Shown in pieces: positions 27,518 through 37,497 of a stretch of 42,268 nucleotides of DNA. The DNA is taken from positions 1-42,268 of the forward strand of contig CAYMPD010000008.1 of the NCBI GenBank assembly GCA_964392445.1. Direction: 5' to 3'. The notes under the pieces are model-generated. The model did not search any database. It had not been told where the DNA came from and saw nothing but the letters and a program-made list of their open reading frames with translations. The translations under genes were made by a program, and so were the position numbers. Numbering within the stretch: the stretch's first letter is position 1; each line of letters begins with the position of its first letter. This DNA is from an uncultured archaeon (GTDB taxonomy: Archaea > Aenigmatarchaeota > Aenigmatarchaeia > CG10238-14).

Positions 27518-28052
27518 TTTGTTTTTCTATTAGATTAATTAGAATTGGGTAAAGATATTTGGTGTCTTCTGAGAATGGTTGATTTTTTATAAGCTCTTTT
27601 AATTCTTCCAGACTAACGAATTTTCCTTGTTTTATTTCTTCTTTGTTTATTTCTGGTTGTTGATCGGTTATCACATAATACTGCGCAGACATTTCCAGTT
27701 CTTGCTTTAAGTCATTCTTGAACTTTTTGATGAATATTGGACTTTCTTTTATTCCTAACTCTTCTTCTAGTTCCCTCCTAGCAGTATCTTCGTAACTGTC
27801 CCCATATTCAACGTGTCCGCCCGCAGAAATCGTCCATACTGAAGGTTCCATATCTTTTGTATCGCTTCTTTGCATGATGAATATTTGCCAATTTTTATTG
27901 AAAACAAATGTTCCAGCAGTTCTGTGTCTTAATTTTTTAGTGTGGCATTCTTTTCTTGTAGCCTTTCCGAGAATATTGTCTTCATCATCTACTATGCATA
28001 ATAATTCGTCCTGTGGATCTGTTGTTTTCATTTTAACCAATTCTTGAACCAA
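27510..28052 (-). CDS. Nudix hydrolase, type 1 IPP-isomerase-like
   Basis: 'LRHR', '[26 protein letters not shown]' Nudix box. Confidence 0.85.
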   Translation of the reverse strand: MVQELVKMKTTDPQDELLCIVDDEDNILGKATRKECHTKKLRHRTAGTFVFNKNWQIFIMQRSDTKDMEPSVWTISAGGHVEYGDSYEDTARRELEEELGIKESPIFIKKFKNDLKQELEMSAQYYVITDQQPEINKEEIKQGKFVSLEELKELIKNQPFSEDTKYLYPILINLIEKQTT

Positions 28053-28216
28053 TCTGCTATTAAATCAGTCATTTCCTCATAAGTATCTTCTTCACGCTTA
28101 AATCCATGACCCATTCCTTTAATAATTTCCAATTCCTTGTCGCCTTTTGGAACTGAACCTGCTAAGTATATTTTCACCCAATTATCCTCAATGTTAATTT
28201 TTAAGCCCCATTTCAC
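28028..28216 (-). CDS. Short ORF, possibly a chimeric gene remnant
   Basis: 62 aa; 'KIYLAGSVPKG' joined to 'LEIIKGMGHGF...IADWF'. Confidence 0.35.
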   Translation of the reverse strand: MKWGLKINIEDNWVKIYLAGSVPKGDKELEIIKGMGHGFKREEDTYEEMTDLIADWFKNWLK

Positions 28217-28641
28217 TCTTCTTTGTTCTTAAGATAATCCAAAATAGATTTTGAAAATGTCTCAAAATCTTTCGAATCTTCTTTCAGATGTTCTTGTAAC
28301 AATTCTGTCTTTATCTCTCCGTATTTGTGAACCAAGATATTCCTCAAACCCATTGCTGGTGCGAATCTTTCTGAAAATTTTCTTGGTAATATGTCATTTT
28401 CCCCCAAAATTTCGATTACCTCTTTATTTGCTTCGGGTTTCTCAAAGTTCTCTTTTGCAATTATTATCTCTCCTATATCGAGAGCAGACTGAAGAGCAAG
28501 TTACATGGCTCCCTCGATAGCATATCTGGTTTTAATATCCTCATTTAGTTCAAACACAGTAATGTTTTTATTATTTTTCAAAAACTTGGCATTTTTTTTC
28601 AATTCTTCTAATTTTAATAAAATTTTTTCTTTACTATTCAA
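28213..28641 (-). pseudogene. hepT: HepT (DUF86, HEPN) toxin with internal nonsense codon
   Basis: TTG start at 28641 and in-frame TAA at 28501-28503 (GAM*LALQ). The RX4H motif 'RNILVH' is intact. Overlaps the mntA stop. Confidence 0.85.
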
Positions 28642-29053
28642 AAAAACCACCCTTTGATACATTTTCAGCGAAAGTATTAAGACGCCTTCTCACGTAATAT
28701 ATTCTATCCAAATAAGTCTGCATAGTTCTGAATTCAAACTCAACTCTGGAATCTTCGTCTTTATTGACCAAAATTTTTCCATTTTTTATGATTTCAAAAT
28801 TGAGGAGGATAGGGTTATCATTAATAACAACAAGATCAAACTCATCGTTTCCTAGGATGGATGATATATCCCCTATTAGTTTTAGTCGAATATCAAATCT
28901 TTTTTCCTCGTTTTCCTCTTTTAGATATACCGCTATGTCCACATCACTTAATGGTGTTGTTTTTCCCGTTGCATGGGAACCGAAGATATAAGTAAGTCTA
29001 ACTGAAGGGTGGTTTTCTAGATATTCCTTAACTTTCTCAAGCTTCTTTTTCAT
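28634..29053 (-). CDS. mntA: MNT minimal nucleotidyltransferase antitoxin
   Basis: 'YIFGSHA.G...LSDVDIAV' and 'FDLVVIN'. Confidence 0.9.
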   Translation of the reverse strand: MKKKLEKVKEYLENHPSVRLTYIFGSHATGKTTPLSDVDIAVYLKEENEEKRFDIRLKLIGDISSILGNDEFDLVVINDNPILLNFEIIKNGKILVNKDEDSRVEFEFRTMQTYLDRIYYVRRRLNTFAENVSKGGFFE

Positions 29054-29124
29054 AGATAATAGTTAGAATCCAAGTTATAAAAAGTAAGAGTATTGGTGTT
29101 AAATGAAGGTTTTGATTATATAAA

Positions 29125-29466
29125 TTATTCCAATTTTACATCATAATCAGGATCAAAAGCGGGAGAATTTACTTCCAACAATTTCACTACATCAGTCTTG
29201 GGGGAATAACTATAGGGAGTATCTTTAGGAACTATCACAACATCTTCTTTACTCACATTAAATTTCTTACCGTCAACATTGAATTCAGCCTTACCCTCTA
29301 TTATGAAGTATAAACGATCACTAATTGTTGATTTAACTTTACCGAATGGTTCCTTGATCTCGGCGTAGCAGACAGAAATATTTTCAAAATCTTCCTTGGT
29401 ATTGTAATTCCATCCTTTAACCCCAGGATATTCAAAAGATACTTCTTTAGGTTTCTTGAATTTCAT
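29125..29466 (-). CDS. Cupin-domain protein
   Basis: 'LYFIIEGKAEF.VDG......DVVIVPKDTPYSY'. Confidence 0.85.
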   Translation of the reverse strand: MKFKKPKEVSFEYPGVKGWNYNTKEDFENISVCYAEIKEPFGKVKSTISDRLYFIIEGKAEFNVDGKKFNVSKEDVVIVPKDTPYSYSPKTDVVKLLEVNSPAFDPDYDVKLE

Positions 29467-29471
29467 TCAGA

Positions 29472-30011
29472 TCAATTCTCCACAAGAAATTTCTTCAATT
29501 TCTCCATTGCAATTTTCCGCATGCTCATCGAATTCTTCTCTTCTCTAGTCATCTCAGCAAGTGCTTTAGAATATCCTTCGGGTTCAAAGATAGGATCCCA
29601 TCCAAATCCACGTTCACCTCTTGGAGGAATAATTTTTCCCTTAATTGACCCGTCAAAATAATGAATTTCACCCCTATTTCTAGCATAACCCAATGTAATC
29701 TTAGCTTCTGCGCTATTATTACCAAGTTTCTCAACAATCTCAACTAGTCCCTCATTCCCAAGTGATTTCTCAAACCATTTAATCAGAGGACCAGGTAAAC
29801 CATTAAGACAATTGAAAGATAAGGATGTATCTTCAACAATGAATTCACCCTCCACACGTTCAAATACTCCTTCAAGTTTTTCTTTGACAATTTCATGAGA
29901 ATCGATTTCCTGTATTTCTGGTAAATCGATATCTAATTGCTTAATTTCCGGGAAGAATTTTTTAGAATCCTTGAACTTTCCCTCATTCCCCGTTATAAAG
30001 TAAAGTGTCAT
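29472..30011 (-). CDS. rdgB: Non-canonical purine NTP pyrophosphatase (HAM1/ITPase)
   Basis: 'TGNEGKF', 'VEDTSL', 'LPGPLIKWF', 'FGWDPIF', 'EKN..S.R'. Confidence 0.92.
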   Translation of the reverse strand: MTLYFITGNEGKFKDSKKFFPEIKQLDIDLPEIQEIDSHEIVKEKLEGVFERVEGEFIVEDTSLSFNCLNGLPGPLIKWFEKSLGNEGLVEIVEKLGNNSAEAKITLGYARNRGEIHYFDGSIKGKIIPPRGERGFGWDPIFEPEGYSKALAEMTREEKNSMSMRKIAMEKLKKFLVEN

Positions 30012-30048
30012 AGTATAACTAATAGAAACTTCAGATTTAAACTCTTTT

Positions 30049-30264
30049 TTACTTCTTCTTATCCTTTTTCTTAGAATCAGTGGTCGACTCCCTTCTCAAC
30101 TTCCTAAACAATCTATTCACACTGAATCTACTTTTCTTCTCTTTTTTAACTTCTTTTCTACACTTAGCACACAAAGGAGCACGAAAACCCAACCAACTAA
30201 CCCTGATTAACCTACCAACTTCTTTAATTGGTTTACCACACTTGGCACATTTCTTCTTCATCAA
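30049..30264 (-). CDS. Small basic zinc-finger protein
   Basis: 'CAKCG...LCAKC' with a Lys/Arg-rich tail. Confidence 0.65.
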   Translation of the reverse strand: MMKKKCAKCGKPIKEVGRLIRVSWLGFRAPLCAKCRKEVKKEKKSRFSVNRLFRKLRRESTTDSKKKDKKK

Positions 30265-30305
30265 ATCTAAGGAATACTTTGTGGTTCAGGAATATTAAAG
30301 ATTGC

Positions 30306-30842
30306 CTATTCCATGAGCGAAAGAGCATCCGACTTAGTTATTATTCCAACTATTTTCTTTTTTCTACTTACGAGAATTGCTTGAGTGTAATTTAGTAATA
30401 ATTTAGCTACTTCCACAGACTCTTCTGAATCAACTATAGGGCAAGATTTTTCCATTATATCTCTGATTTTTAATTTGTTAAGATTTCTTTCCATATTTTC
30501 AATAACGCCTTTTTCAGTCACACAACCCAGACAAATTCCTTTTTCAATAACCGGTATCTGAGAAATATTGAATTTTTTCATTAATTCTATGGCTTTGTTT
30601 ATCTGATTATCTGGTTCAACTGATACTATGTTCTTTGTCATTATTTTTCCGCATTTTACTTTATCATTGCTTTCAAGGACTTTCATAATCTTGTTTACAG
30701 TGGACAATGTGGGATTGACCTTTTCATTCTCTATTTTAGCAACGTGAGCCTGAGAAATACCTACAGTCTCTGCTAATTTTTGCTGACTTATTTCTCTCTC
30801 TTCTCTCATCCTTCTGATCATCTGACCTGTTATTATAACCAT
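30306..30842 (-). CDS. XRE-HTH + CBS-pair transcriptional regulator
   Basis: 'ISQQKLAETVGISQAHVAKIE' plus two CBS repeats. Confidence 0.9.
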   Translation of the reverse strand: MVIITGQMIRRMREEREISQQKLAETVGISQAHVAKIENEKVNPTLSTVNKIMKVLESNDKVKCGKIMTKNIVSVEPDNQINKAIELMKKFNISQIPVIEKGICLGCVTEKGVIENMERNLNKLKIRDIMEKSCPIVDSEESVEVAKLLLNYTQAILVSRKKKIVGIITKSDALSLME

Positions 30843-30913
30843 GAGTTATATTTAATCACGATAATTATAAATAACAATATATAATAGAAAACCAAAAATC
30901 TTTATGTGATGTC

Positions 30914-32083
30914 ATGAAGTTATCAATCGAAAAAATACAAAAAGTTATGGCCGTTCCCAAGCAAAAAGTAGAATTGGTTGAAAGAAAAGGAATTGGACAT
31001 CCCGACTCGCTAACAGACGGACTATGTGAAGCATCCTCAAGAATAATATCCAAGTACTACATCGAGAAAAAAGGGTTTATTTGTCATCATAATCTTGACA
31101 AGGGTCTTCTAGTTGGTGGAGTTTCTAACCCTACTTTTGGCGGAGGAAGAGTAATTGAAGCTCCTGATGTTACTGTTGCTGGAACTGCTACAATTCTTGA
31201 AAGTGCAGACGATATTAAAAAATTAATTTATGAAGAAGTTGATGCTTATTTGACTCAAAAACTTAGATTTGTGAAAAAACTTGACCCTGAAATATTCATC
31301 AAAATTCATCCTGGCTCACAAGACCTTGTTGGAGTATATGAAAGATTTGGAAAGGGTGATGTTCCTTTAGCAAATGATACGTCTATTGGGGTGGGATATG
31401 CACCTTATTCTGATTTGGAAAGAACGGTCCTAAATATTGAAAACTTCCTAAATAGTACTGAAATAAAGAAAAAATATCCATTTATTGGTGAAGATATCAA
31501 AATCATGGGTTACAGAAAACGGGATAATAATACTATCACTTGTGCAATAGCATGGGTTAGTGAGTTTGTGAGTGGTTTGGAAGAATACTATGATCAGAAA
31601 GAAAAGGTAAAAGAGCTACTAGAAAAGAAATTTACAAACGGTAAGACTAAAGTTTTCATTAACACTGCAGACAAGAAGGAAAGTATTTACTTGACAGTTA
31701 GTGGGACTTCTTGGGAAAATGGTGATGATGGTCAGGTTGGTAGAGGTAACAGAATCAATGGGTTAATTACTCCATGTAGACCTATGTCTCTGGAAGCTGC
31801 TGCTGGTAAGAATCCTGTTTCACATGTGGGAAAAGTTTACAATTTCAAAGCCCAAGAGATCGCAGAAAAAATCGAGAGTATGTTTGGTTTGGAGCAGATT
31901 TATGTTCAATTGCTTTCACAAATAGGAAAACCGATTAACAAGCCTTATGTCGGGGTAAAATACATCTCTAACGGTGATATTAAGGAAAAGGATGTTAAAC
32001 AAGTGATTGAGAAGAGTCTTTCTGAAAAAGGGCTTGAAGAGTTCAGGGACAAGATGCTGATGGGGAAATTGAGTGTTTTTTAA
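30914..32083 (+). CDS. mat: Archaeal S-adenosylmethionine synthetase
   Basis: 'VERKGIGHPDSL.D', 'ANDTSIGVG', 'GEDIKIM', 'GQVGRGNR..GLITP.RPMSLEAAAGKNPV.HVGK'. Confidence 0.97.
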   Translation: MKLSIEKIQKVMAVPKQKVELVERKGIGHPDSLTDGLCEASSRIISKYYIEKKGFICHHNLDKGLLVGGVSNPTFGGGRVIEAPDVTVAGTATILESADDIKKLIYEEVDAYLTQKLRFVKKLDPEIFIKIHPGSQDLVGVYERFGKGDVPLANDTSIGVGYAPYSDLERTVLNIENFLNSTEIKKKYPFIGEDIKIMGYRKRDNNTITCAIAWVSEFVSGLEEYYDQKEKVKELLEKKFTNGKTKVFINTADKKESIYLTVSGTSWENGDDGQVGRGNRINGLITPCRPMSLEAAAGKNPVSHVGKVYNFKAQEIAEKIESMFGLEQIYVQLLSQIGKPINKPYVGVKYISNGDIKEKDVKQVIEKSLSEKGLEEFRDKMLMGKLSVF

Positions 32084-32088
32084 TATGT

Positions 32089-32409
32089 TTATCTGATATC
32101 TTTACTTTCTTTAAACCATTTAATGTATTTGATGTAATTTTTCTCTACTTCTTTCTGTTTTTTGTGGAATATGTTTTTATAATCTCTCATTTTATCTCCC
32201 AATTTTATTGGTTTTTCTGATCTCCAAAATTTTTGCTCGTGGGGATAATCATGGGCCGTATCAACTCTATAAACATCTACAATTTTATCATCTAGAATTA
32301 AACCTACATTTATAGAGAAAAAGACTACTTTACTTTTATCTACCTTAAATCTAGTATCTATCCTTGCTTTGTTGTCTATATCTATGTCTTTCAGGTGTAT
32401 TTCCCTCAT
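32089..32409 (-). CDS. DUF6516/DUF7718-like putative toxin
   Basis: 'VYRVDTAHDYPHE' resembles the R.D..H....H signature of this group. Confidence 0.55.
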   Translation of the reverse strand: MREIHLKDIDIDNKARIDTRFKVDKSKVVFFSINVGLILDDKIVDVYRVDTAHDYPHEQKFWRSEKPIKLGDKMRDYKNIFHKKQKEVEKNYIKYIKWFKESKDIR

Positions 32410-32427
32410 TTTTATACCTTTGATATA

Positions 32428-32468
32428 TTTTGTTAATTAACAAAAAATCGTTAACTTTATAAGGTTAA
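32428..32468. promoter_or_regulatory. Operator-like palindromes between divergent genes
   Basis: Perfect 18-bp TTTTGTTAATTAACAAAA (32428-32445) and near-perfect TTAACTTTATAAGGTTAA (32451-32468). Confidence 0.6.
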
Positions 32469-32512
32469 TGTTACATTATCTTAAGTAGTATTAACAAGCG
32501 AATAAAATAATA

Positions 32513-32854
32513 TTGGTGTCTAAAATGAAGGGAATAGAAGTATATAGCAAATTAGTCGACTTTGCAATAGAGCACCCAGAACTAGCTCCAGATAGGGTTT
32601 TAGTTATACATGGGAACAAAAAAGAATTTAAAAAAATACTTTCACCGTCAAGGTTAGAATTAATTGAAATAATAAGAGAAAAAGATTTTCAATCGGTCGG
32701 AGAAGTAGCAAAATATGTAAATAGGCCAGTAGAGTCTGTTTCACGAGATCTTAAGATTCTTTCAAATTATGGAATATTAGAACTGGTTAGAATTGGTAAA
32801 AGGAAAAAGCCTGTAATAGAGAAAGATATGTTGCTTATCCCACTAACAACTTAA
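32513..32854 (+). CDS. wHTH regulator/antitoxin (HVO_A0114/COG4190-like)
   Basis: 'LSPSRLELIEII....SVGEVAKYVNR...VSRDL..L...GIL......K.P'. Confidence 0.75.
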   Translation: MVSKMKGIEVYSKLVDFAIEHPELAPDRVLVIHGNKKEFKKILSPSRLELIEIIREKDFQSVGEVAKYVNRPVESVSRDLKILSNYGILELVRIGKRKKPVIEKDMLLIPLTT

Positions 32855-32910
32855 GTGTTTTTAAAGTTATCACTGTTCGGTATTTAAATTTAATTTATAT
32901 TCTATAGTAT

Positions 32911-33567
32911 ATGTTTAAGAAACAATATGTACTAGCAATTTGTTTATTGGTACTTTTGATTCCAATTTCAGTGATTTCACAATCTATGGAAGGACAAGAA
33001 TATGACTTTTATGTCACTAAACCAGTGCTTTCAAAAACAGACATAACAACAGGAACTTGTTGCGACCAAACAGTTTCAGCAAAAATAAACGTTTTTGTTC
33101 GGGGAGAAGGTGAAGATCCAGTTTCTGGGTTAATGAGAATATACATGTACGACAATACCCTAAGAAATGGCGAACCTGTCTTGGAAAAAAGAAGATGGTT
33201 AAGATTTTACCCTGGTTCAGAGCGGACAATCCACATTAGTTTCGATCCAAGTGAACTTGAAGAAGGAACATATTACGTCTTTGTTAAAGGTGATTTTAAG
33301 GATTTATCATCTGGAGAAGAAGAATCAGTTTGGACAGATTATTCAGTACTAGAAGTAAATTCAGTGTGTGAGTCCTGTGAATGTCCTGAGTGCCCTGTAT
33401 GTGAAGAATGTCCTGAATGTCCAGTAACAAAAGAACCCAGTGAATGTGAAGTTTGGACTTGGTTTTACTGTGTTCTATTGGGAGTACTAGTAGCTCTAAT
33501 ACTGATACTTCTGATGGCTATAATAATCAGGAATAGAAGAAGAAACAGAGAAGAAACATTGGAATAA
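32911..33567 (+). CDS. Single-pass surface protein with Ig-like domain and Cys-rich stalk
   Basis: Signal peptide, 'CESCECPECPVCEECPECP', C-terminal TM helix and 'RNRRRNR' stop-transfer. Confidence 0.75.
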   Translation: MFKKQYVLAICLLVLLIPISVISQSMEGQEYDFYVTKPVLSKTDITTGTCCDQTVSAKINVFVRGEGEDPVSGLMRIYMYDNTLRNGEPVLEKRRWLRFYPGSERTIHISFDPSELEEGTYYVFVKGDFKDLSSGEEESVWTDYSVLEVNSVCESCECPECPVCEECPECPVTKEPSECEVWTWFYCVLLGVLVALILILLMAIIIRNRRRNREETLE

Positions 33568-33675
33568 ATTGCTAAAAAGATGGGTTTAAAAGGATTTTTT
33601 GTTTTGTTTTTCTATTTTCGAATTCTACTGCAACTAACGAAAACTATTTGAATCTCCATACAGAATCATTCAGAG

Positions 33676-34683
33676 ATGAAAGCATACATATCTCAAACAG
33701 TATTAGGTTTATTCGCATTTGACGAAAAGAAGAAATTGGTAGACAAGACTCTATTTCCCAAAGATCCGAAGAAGATAACTGACGCATTAGAAAATCCTAA
33801 AAAGTACAAAGAAGAGCTTCTCAAAAAACTTAAGAAAAAAGGTTACAAGGATATCGAAGAATCAGATGAGATAGGAAGAACAAAATTTAGAAAAATTGCT
33901 AAAGACTTAGGTTATTCTGATAAAAAACTCAATGAATTAATGACACAAATAGGAATAGAGTACACTAGAAGAAGAATAAAAAAAACTGTCAAAAAGGACA
34001 AGATTGTCATTCAATTAGTTAACGCAATAGACGAATTAGACAAATCAATCAATATCTTCAGCGCAAGAATCAGAGAATGGTATGGATTACACTTCCCAGA
34101 ACTTGAAGAATCTATAGATAAACATGAAAAATTTACTAAATTGATATCCAAATACGGGCTAAGAGATAATATACCAGAAGAAAAACTGGGAGGAATTAGT
34201 AAAAAGAGTATGGGTATCGAACTCAAAGCAAAAGACGAAAAATTACTAAAAGAATATGCCACAAGACTAAAAGAATTATACAAACTAAGAAGTCATATGG
34301 AAAAATACACTGAAAAAATCATGGAAGAAATCGCACCTAATTTCTCAGAACTTGCTACACCTCTCATAGGAGCTAGATTAATAGCTCTAGCAGGAGGCAT
34401 GGATAAACTTGCGAAAAAACCTTCAAGCACAGTCCAACTTCTAGGCGCCGAAAAAGCCCTTTTCAGATATTTGAAAGGTAAAGGTAAATCACCCAAGTTC
34501 GGAATACTTTTCACACATCCAGAAGTTCAAAAAGCACCAGGAGATAAGAGAGGGAAAATTGCGAGAGTATTAGCATCAAAGATGTCAATTGCGATAAAGG
34601 TTGATAATTATAGTTCTAAAGATAGAACTGATAAACTAAGAGAAGATTTGGACCAAAGAATAGAAGAGGTTTTGGAGGGTTAA
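33676..34683 (+). CDS. nop5: C/D box sRNP core protein Nop5
   Basis: 'REWYGLHFPEL', 'APN', 'STVQLLGAEKALFR', 'PKFGILF.HP', 'RGKIARVLA.K'. Confidence 0.95.
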   Translation: MKAYISQTVLGLFAFDEKKKLVDKTLFPKDPKKITDALENPKKYKEELLKKLKKKGYKDIEESDEIGRTKFRKIAKDLGYSDKKLNELMTQIGIEYTRRRIKKTVKKDKIVIQLVNAIDELDKSINIFSARIREWYGLHFPELEESIDKHEKFTKLISKYGLRDNIPEEKLGGISKKSMGIELKAKDEKLLKEYATRLKELYKLRSHMEKYTEKIMEEIAPNFSELATPLIGARLIALAGGMDKLAKKPSSTVQLLGAEKALFRYLKGKGKSPKFGILFTHPEVQKAPGDKRGKIARVLASKMSIAIKVDNYSSKDRTDKLREDLDQRIEEVLEG

Positions 34684-34684
34684 A

Positions 34685-35356
34685 ATGAGTAAAAAAGAAG
34701 ATCGGATTAAGAACTTTGAAGGGGTCTTTTGGCATAAGAATAAATTATGCACTAAGAATCTCACTCCCGGGAAAAAAGTTTATGATGAATTTTTATACAG
34801 TTCCAAAGAAGGAGAATTAAGAACTTGGGATCCAACAAGAAGTAAACCTGCTGCCGCGATACAAAAAGGACTACATCATTTCCCACTAAAAGAAGGAATG
34901 AAAGTTCTTTACCTAGGAATAGCTTCAGGAACAACCTCATCCCACTTCTCAGACATAGTAGGTGAAGAGGGATTAATTTACGGGATAGAAATCGCTGACA
35001 GGGTATTAAGAGAAATACTAACAGTAGCAAAGAAAAGAAAAAATATAGTTCCGATTTTAGCTGATGGTAGAATGCCAAAAAAATATTCTTGGATTGAAAA
35101 AGTGGATTTAGTTTATGCAGATATTGCAATCAAGGATCAGTCTAAAGTCCTTATAAGAAATTCTGAAATGTTTTTGAAACCTGATGGATTTGCTATGATA
35201 GCTATAAAATCGAGAAGTATTGACGTCACCAAAAAACCGGGTGAAGTTTACAAAGAACAAAGAAAAAAATTAGGTAAATACTTCCATGTCACTGATTTCG
35301 TCACTCTACATCCTTATGAAAAGGATCATGGTTTCATTGCTTTAAAAAGGAAATAA
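34685..35356 (+). CDS. flpA: Fibrillarin-like rRNA/tRNA 2'-O-methyltransferase
   Basis: 'RTWDP.RSK', 'VLYLGIASGTTSSH.SD', 'IKSRSIDVT', 'PYEKDH'. Confidence 0.95.
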   Translation: MSKKEDRIKNFEGVFWHKNKLCTKNLTPGKKVYDEFLYSSKEGELRTWDPTRSKPAAAIQKGLHHFPLKEGMKVLYLGIASGTTSSHFSDIVGEEGLIYGIEIADRVLREILTVAKKRKNIVPILADGRMPKKYSWIEKVDLVYADIAIKDQSKVLIRNSEMFLKPDGFAMIAIKSRSIDVTKKPGEVYKEQRKKLGKYFHVTDFVTLHPYEKDHGFIALKRK

Positions 35357-35431
35357 ATCTAACCAACAGGTTTTATCCACCCGAAGATGTAATCTTTCCT
35401 GATCAGATTCACTCTCCACTTCAAGGTATTC

Positions 35432-35665
35432 CTATCCTCTAGAAGCAAAGCTTCCAACCTCCCTATCTCTTTCATTTTCCCACCTCTTTGGTACTTTCAT
35501 CTTATTTGGTTGACTGAATTCCCATACATTTTTCTGAGCAAGTATAACATTCTCAATAAGCATGCTCTCCTGACAAGTCTTACAAAATACTCTTGGTTCC
35601 CCGAAACCGTCTATGAATCTAATTGTTCTTGGCGAATTACAATTTACACAGCGCATAATTATCAC
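35432..35665 (-). CDS. Zinc-ribbon hypothetical protein
   Basis: 'CVNCNS...FCKTCQ'. Confidence 0.65.
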   Translation of the reverse strand: MIIMRCVNCNSPRTIRFIDGFGEPRVFCKTCQESMLIENVILAQKNVWEFSQPNKMKVPKRWENERDREVGSFASRG

Positions 35666-35759
35666 CTACACAAGAAATAGTACTTAATATATACCTACCT
35701 TTGGAAGGGGTGGGGTTGGAATGAACATTGAAACAGAAGAACTAGAGGGGTTATTTAAG

Positions 35760-36887
35760 CTAAACGGCGGCTATAAATTCCCTAAAAAAATCGTCCAAGT
35801 AATCAGGAGAAACAGAAGCGCCTATAGCGGACTTATGACCTCCTCCATCGACTGTAGGGACTTTTTCCTTTACTTTATCAAGAATAGAAGTCAAATCCTC
35901 GCTCCTTTCACTCTGTTCTAACCTAAAACTCATTTTCTTATGTTTATCTCCACGCTCTCTACCAATAACACAAACAATCCATTCAGGGTATTTTTGCCTA
36001 ATTTTATCGGAAATAAAAGACGTTAAAGCACTTATACTGGACTTCCTAGCTTCGTAAATCAGTACCTTCTTATCGTGATGGAATTTAGCATTTCTCATAA
36101 CATCAACGAGTGAATCCTCTGTCTCATAACTTACCTTATCATAGAATTTTCTCAAGGCAAACGAGTGCTGTGTTAAGCCGTTAATAAATTTATCTGGTCT
36201 ATTTTTGGCTTCTATCAATGCTAAAACGGATGTCCTTGCACCCTCAATTTTCTTAACCATTCTACCTGACCTTACCATATCCCAAAGTTGTCCAAAAACT
36301 GATTTTTCCGCCTCTTTTTGATTGATTTCATCTGAGTTGAACAATTCAGGACTTTCTTCTTTAACTTTTTCAAAAACTTCACTACATAATTCCACTCTAT
36401 GATCCTCGGTTATACCTATTGCTGAAATCCAAGCTACTTTTTCTTCAGGAAACATGTCTGTCAACAATCTATAAGTCATATAAGAAACGGGTGGAACTCT
36501 CTCATCATCTTTTTCAAAAGTCCGTGAGTTGTAATATTTCATTCCTGGCTTGTCGGTAATGTCGTCATAAATGTGGTGATCAAGAACAAATCCTTTGAAA
36601 ATGCCGAGTTTTTTAGGGTTGACGCTGACATCAAGAACAAAAACATAGTCTGGGTTAAGTGTTTTTAACTGTCCTACAAGTCTTTTATTGACATTTCCCT
36701 CTCCTCTAATTGGAAAAAGAATTGGATAACCTTCTGTAAGTTTTTTGATAAGCATTGAGAATAAAGCGGCGGATGTACATCCATCTGCGTCGTCATGGTG
36801 AAGGAGGCAAATCTGATCATCAGTTGAAAGTTCCTTAAGAAACACCTCTATTTCCTCAATCATTTTTTCTAGTTTCTGATTTTCCAT
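35760..36887 (-). CDS. DHH/DHHA1 phosphoesterase (RecJ-like)
   Basis: 'HHDDADG', 'VLD', 'LDHH', 'GGGH..A.G'. Confidence 0.9.
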   Translation of the reverse strand: MENQKLEKMIEEIEVFLKELSTDDQICLLHHDDADGCTSAALFSMLIKKLTEGYPILFPIRGEGNVNKRLVGQLKTLNPDYVFVLDVSVNPKKLGIFKGFVLDHHIYDDITDKPGMKYYNSRTFEKDDERVPPVSYMTYRLLTDMFPEEKVAWISAIGITEDHRVELCSEVFEKVKEESPELFNSDEINQKEAEKSVFGQLWDMVRSGRMVKKIEGARTSVLALIEAKNRPDKFINGLTQHSFALRKFYDKVSYETEDSLVDVMRNAKFHHDKKVLIYEARKSSISALTSFISDKIRQKYPEWIVCVIGRERGDKHKKMSFRLEQSERSEDLTSILDKVKEKVPTVDGGGHKSAIGASVSPDYLDDFFREFIAAV

Positions 36888-37497
36888 CTAAATTCAACAA
36901 CTCCTGGGCTCTTAACTGATTTAATTTTTCCTCCATTCTTTTTCTAGTTTCCATGTAATACTCTACAACAGAACACATCGAATCAACATTATGAAATATC
37001 AAAGCCTCAAAAGATTTAGGTGAAACCGTACCTGCATCCCCTGGATGTGAAGCTACTATGTGTATTATTTCTTCTGGGAAATCTCTGTGATAAAGCTCAG
37101 CGACTGCAATCATTGTATGGTCTAATGATAAACCTGTTGGAACAAGATCGTCTTCAAAATCTCTATGAAACTCAAATGCCTTCATTATGTCATGGAGTAT
37201 TGATGCCGCAACTAATGAATCTTTGTTTAGTTCTAGTCCATAGTTCTTCTCAAATATTTTAGCTGTCTCTATTGTTAGTTCGGTTGTTTGGATTGTATGA
37301 CTAATTATGTCCCTCTCAACCGGGCCCATTGAAGATCCACCCACTGCAAATACACTACCAGCTCTTTCTAGGTCTTCTCTTTCGTATTTTTTGAAATCTT
37401 TACTTGAAAGTTTAGTATCCTTTATAACTTTGACTACCTTTTTTCTTAAATCTTCATCTTTTATATGTTTTGTGAGGTCTATTAACTTCTTCATCAT
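36856..37497 (-). CDS. HD-domain phosphohydrolase
   Basis: 'SHT', 'ILHDIMK', 'DH', 'SH', 'VDS'. Confidence 0.85.
   Translation of the reverse strand: MMKKLIDLTKHIKDEDLRKKVVKVIKDTKLSSKDFKKYEREDLERAGSVFAVGGSSMGPVERDIISHTIQTTELTIETAKIFEKNYGLELNKDSLVAASILHDIMKAFEFHRDFEDDLVPTGLSLDHTMIAVAELYHRDFPEEIIHIVASHPGDAGTVSPKSFEALIFHNVDSMCSVVEYYMETRKRMEEKLNQLRAQELLNLDGKSETRKND

Noticed and set aside
32066-32865. Possible third gene-end duplication: mat 3' end AAATTGAGTGTTTTTTAA (32066-32083) versus AACTTAAGTGTTTTTAAA (32848-32865) flanking the DUF6516/HTH pair
   Set aside because: Only 15/18 nt, T-rich and not extendable, so compatible with chance. Worth rechecking if the cassette model holds.
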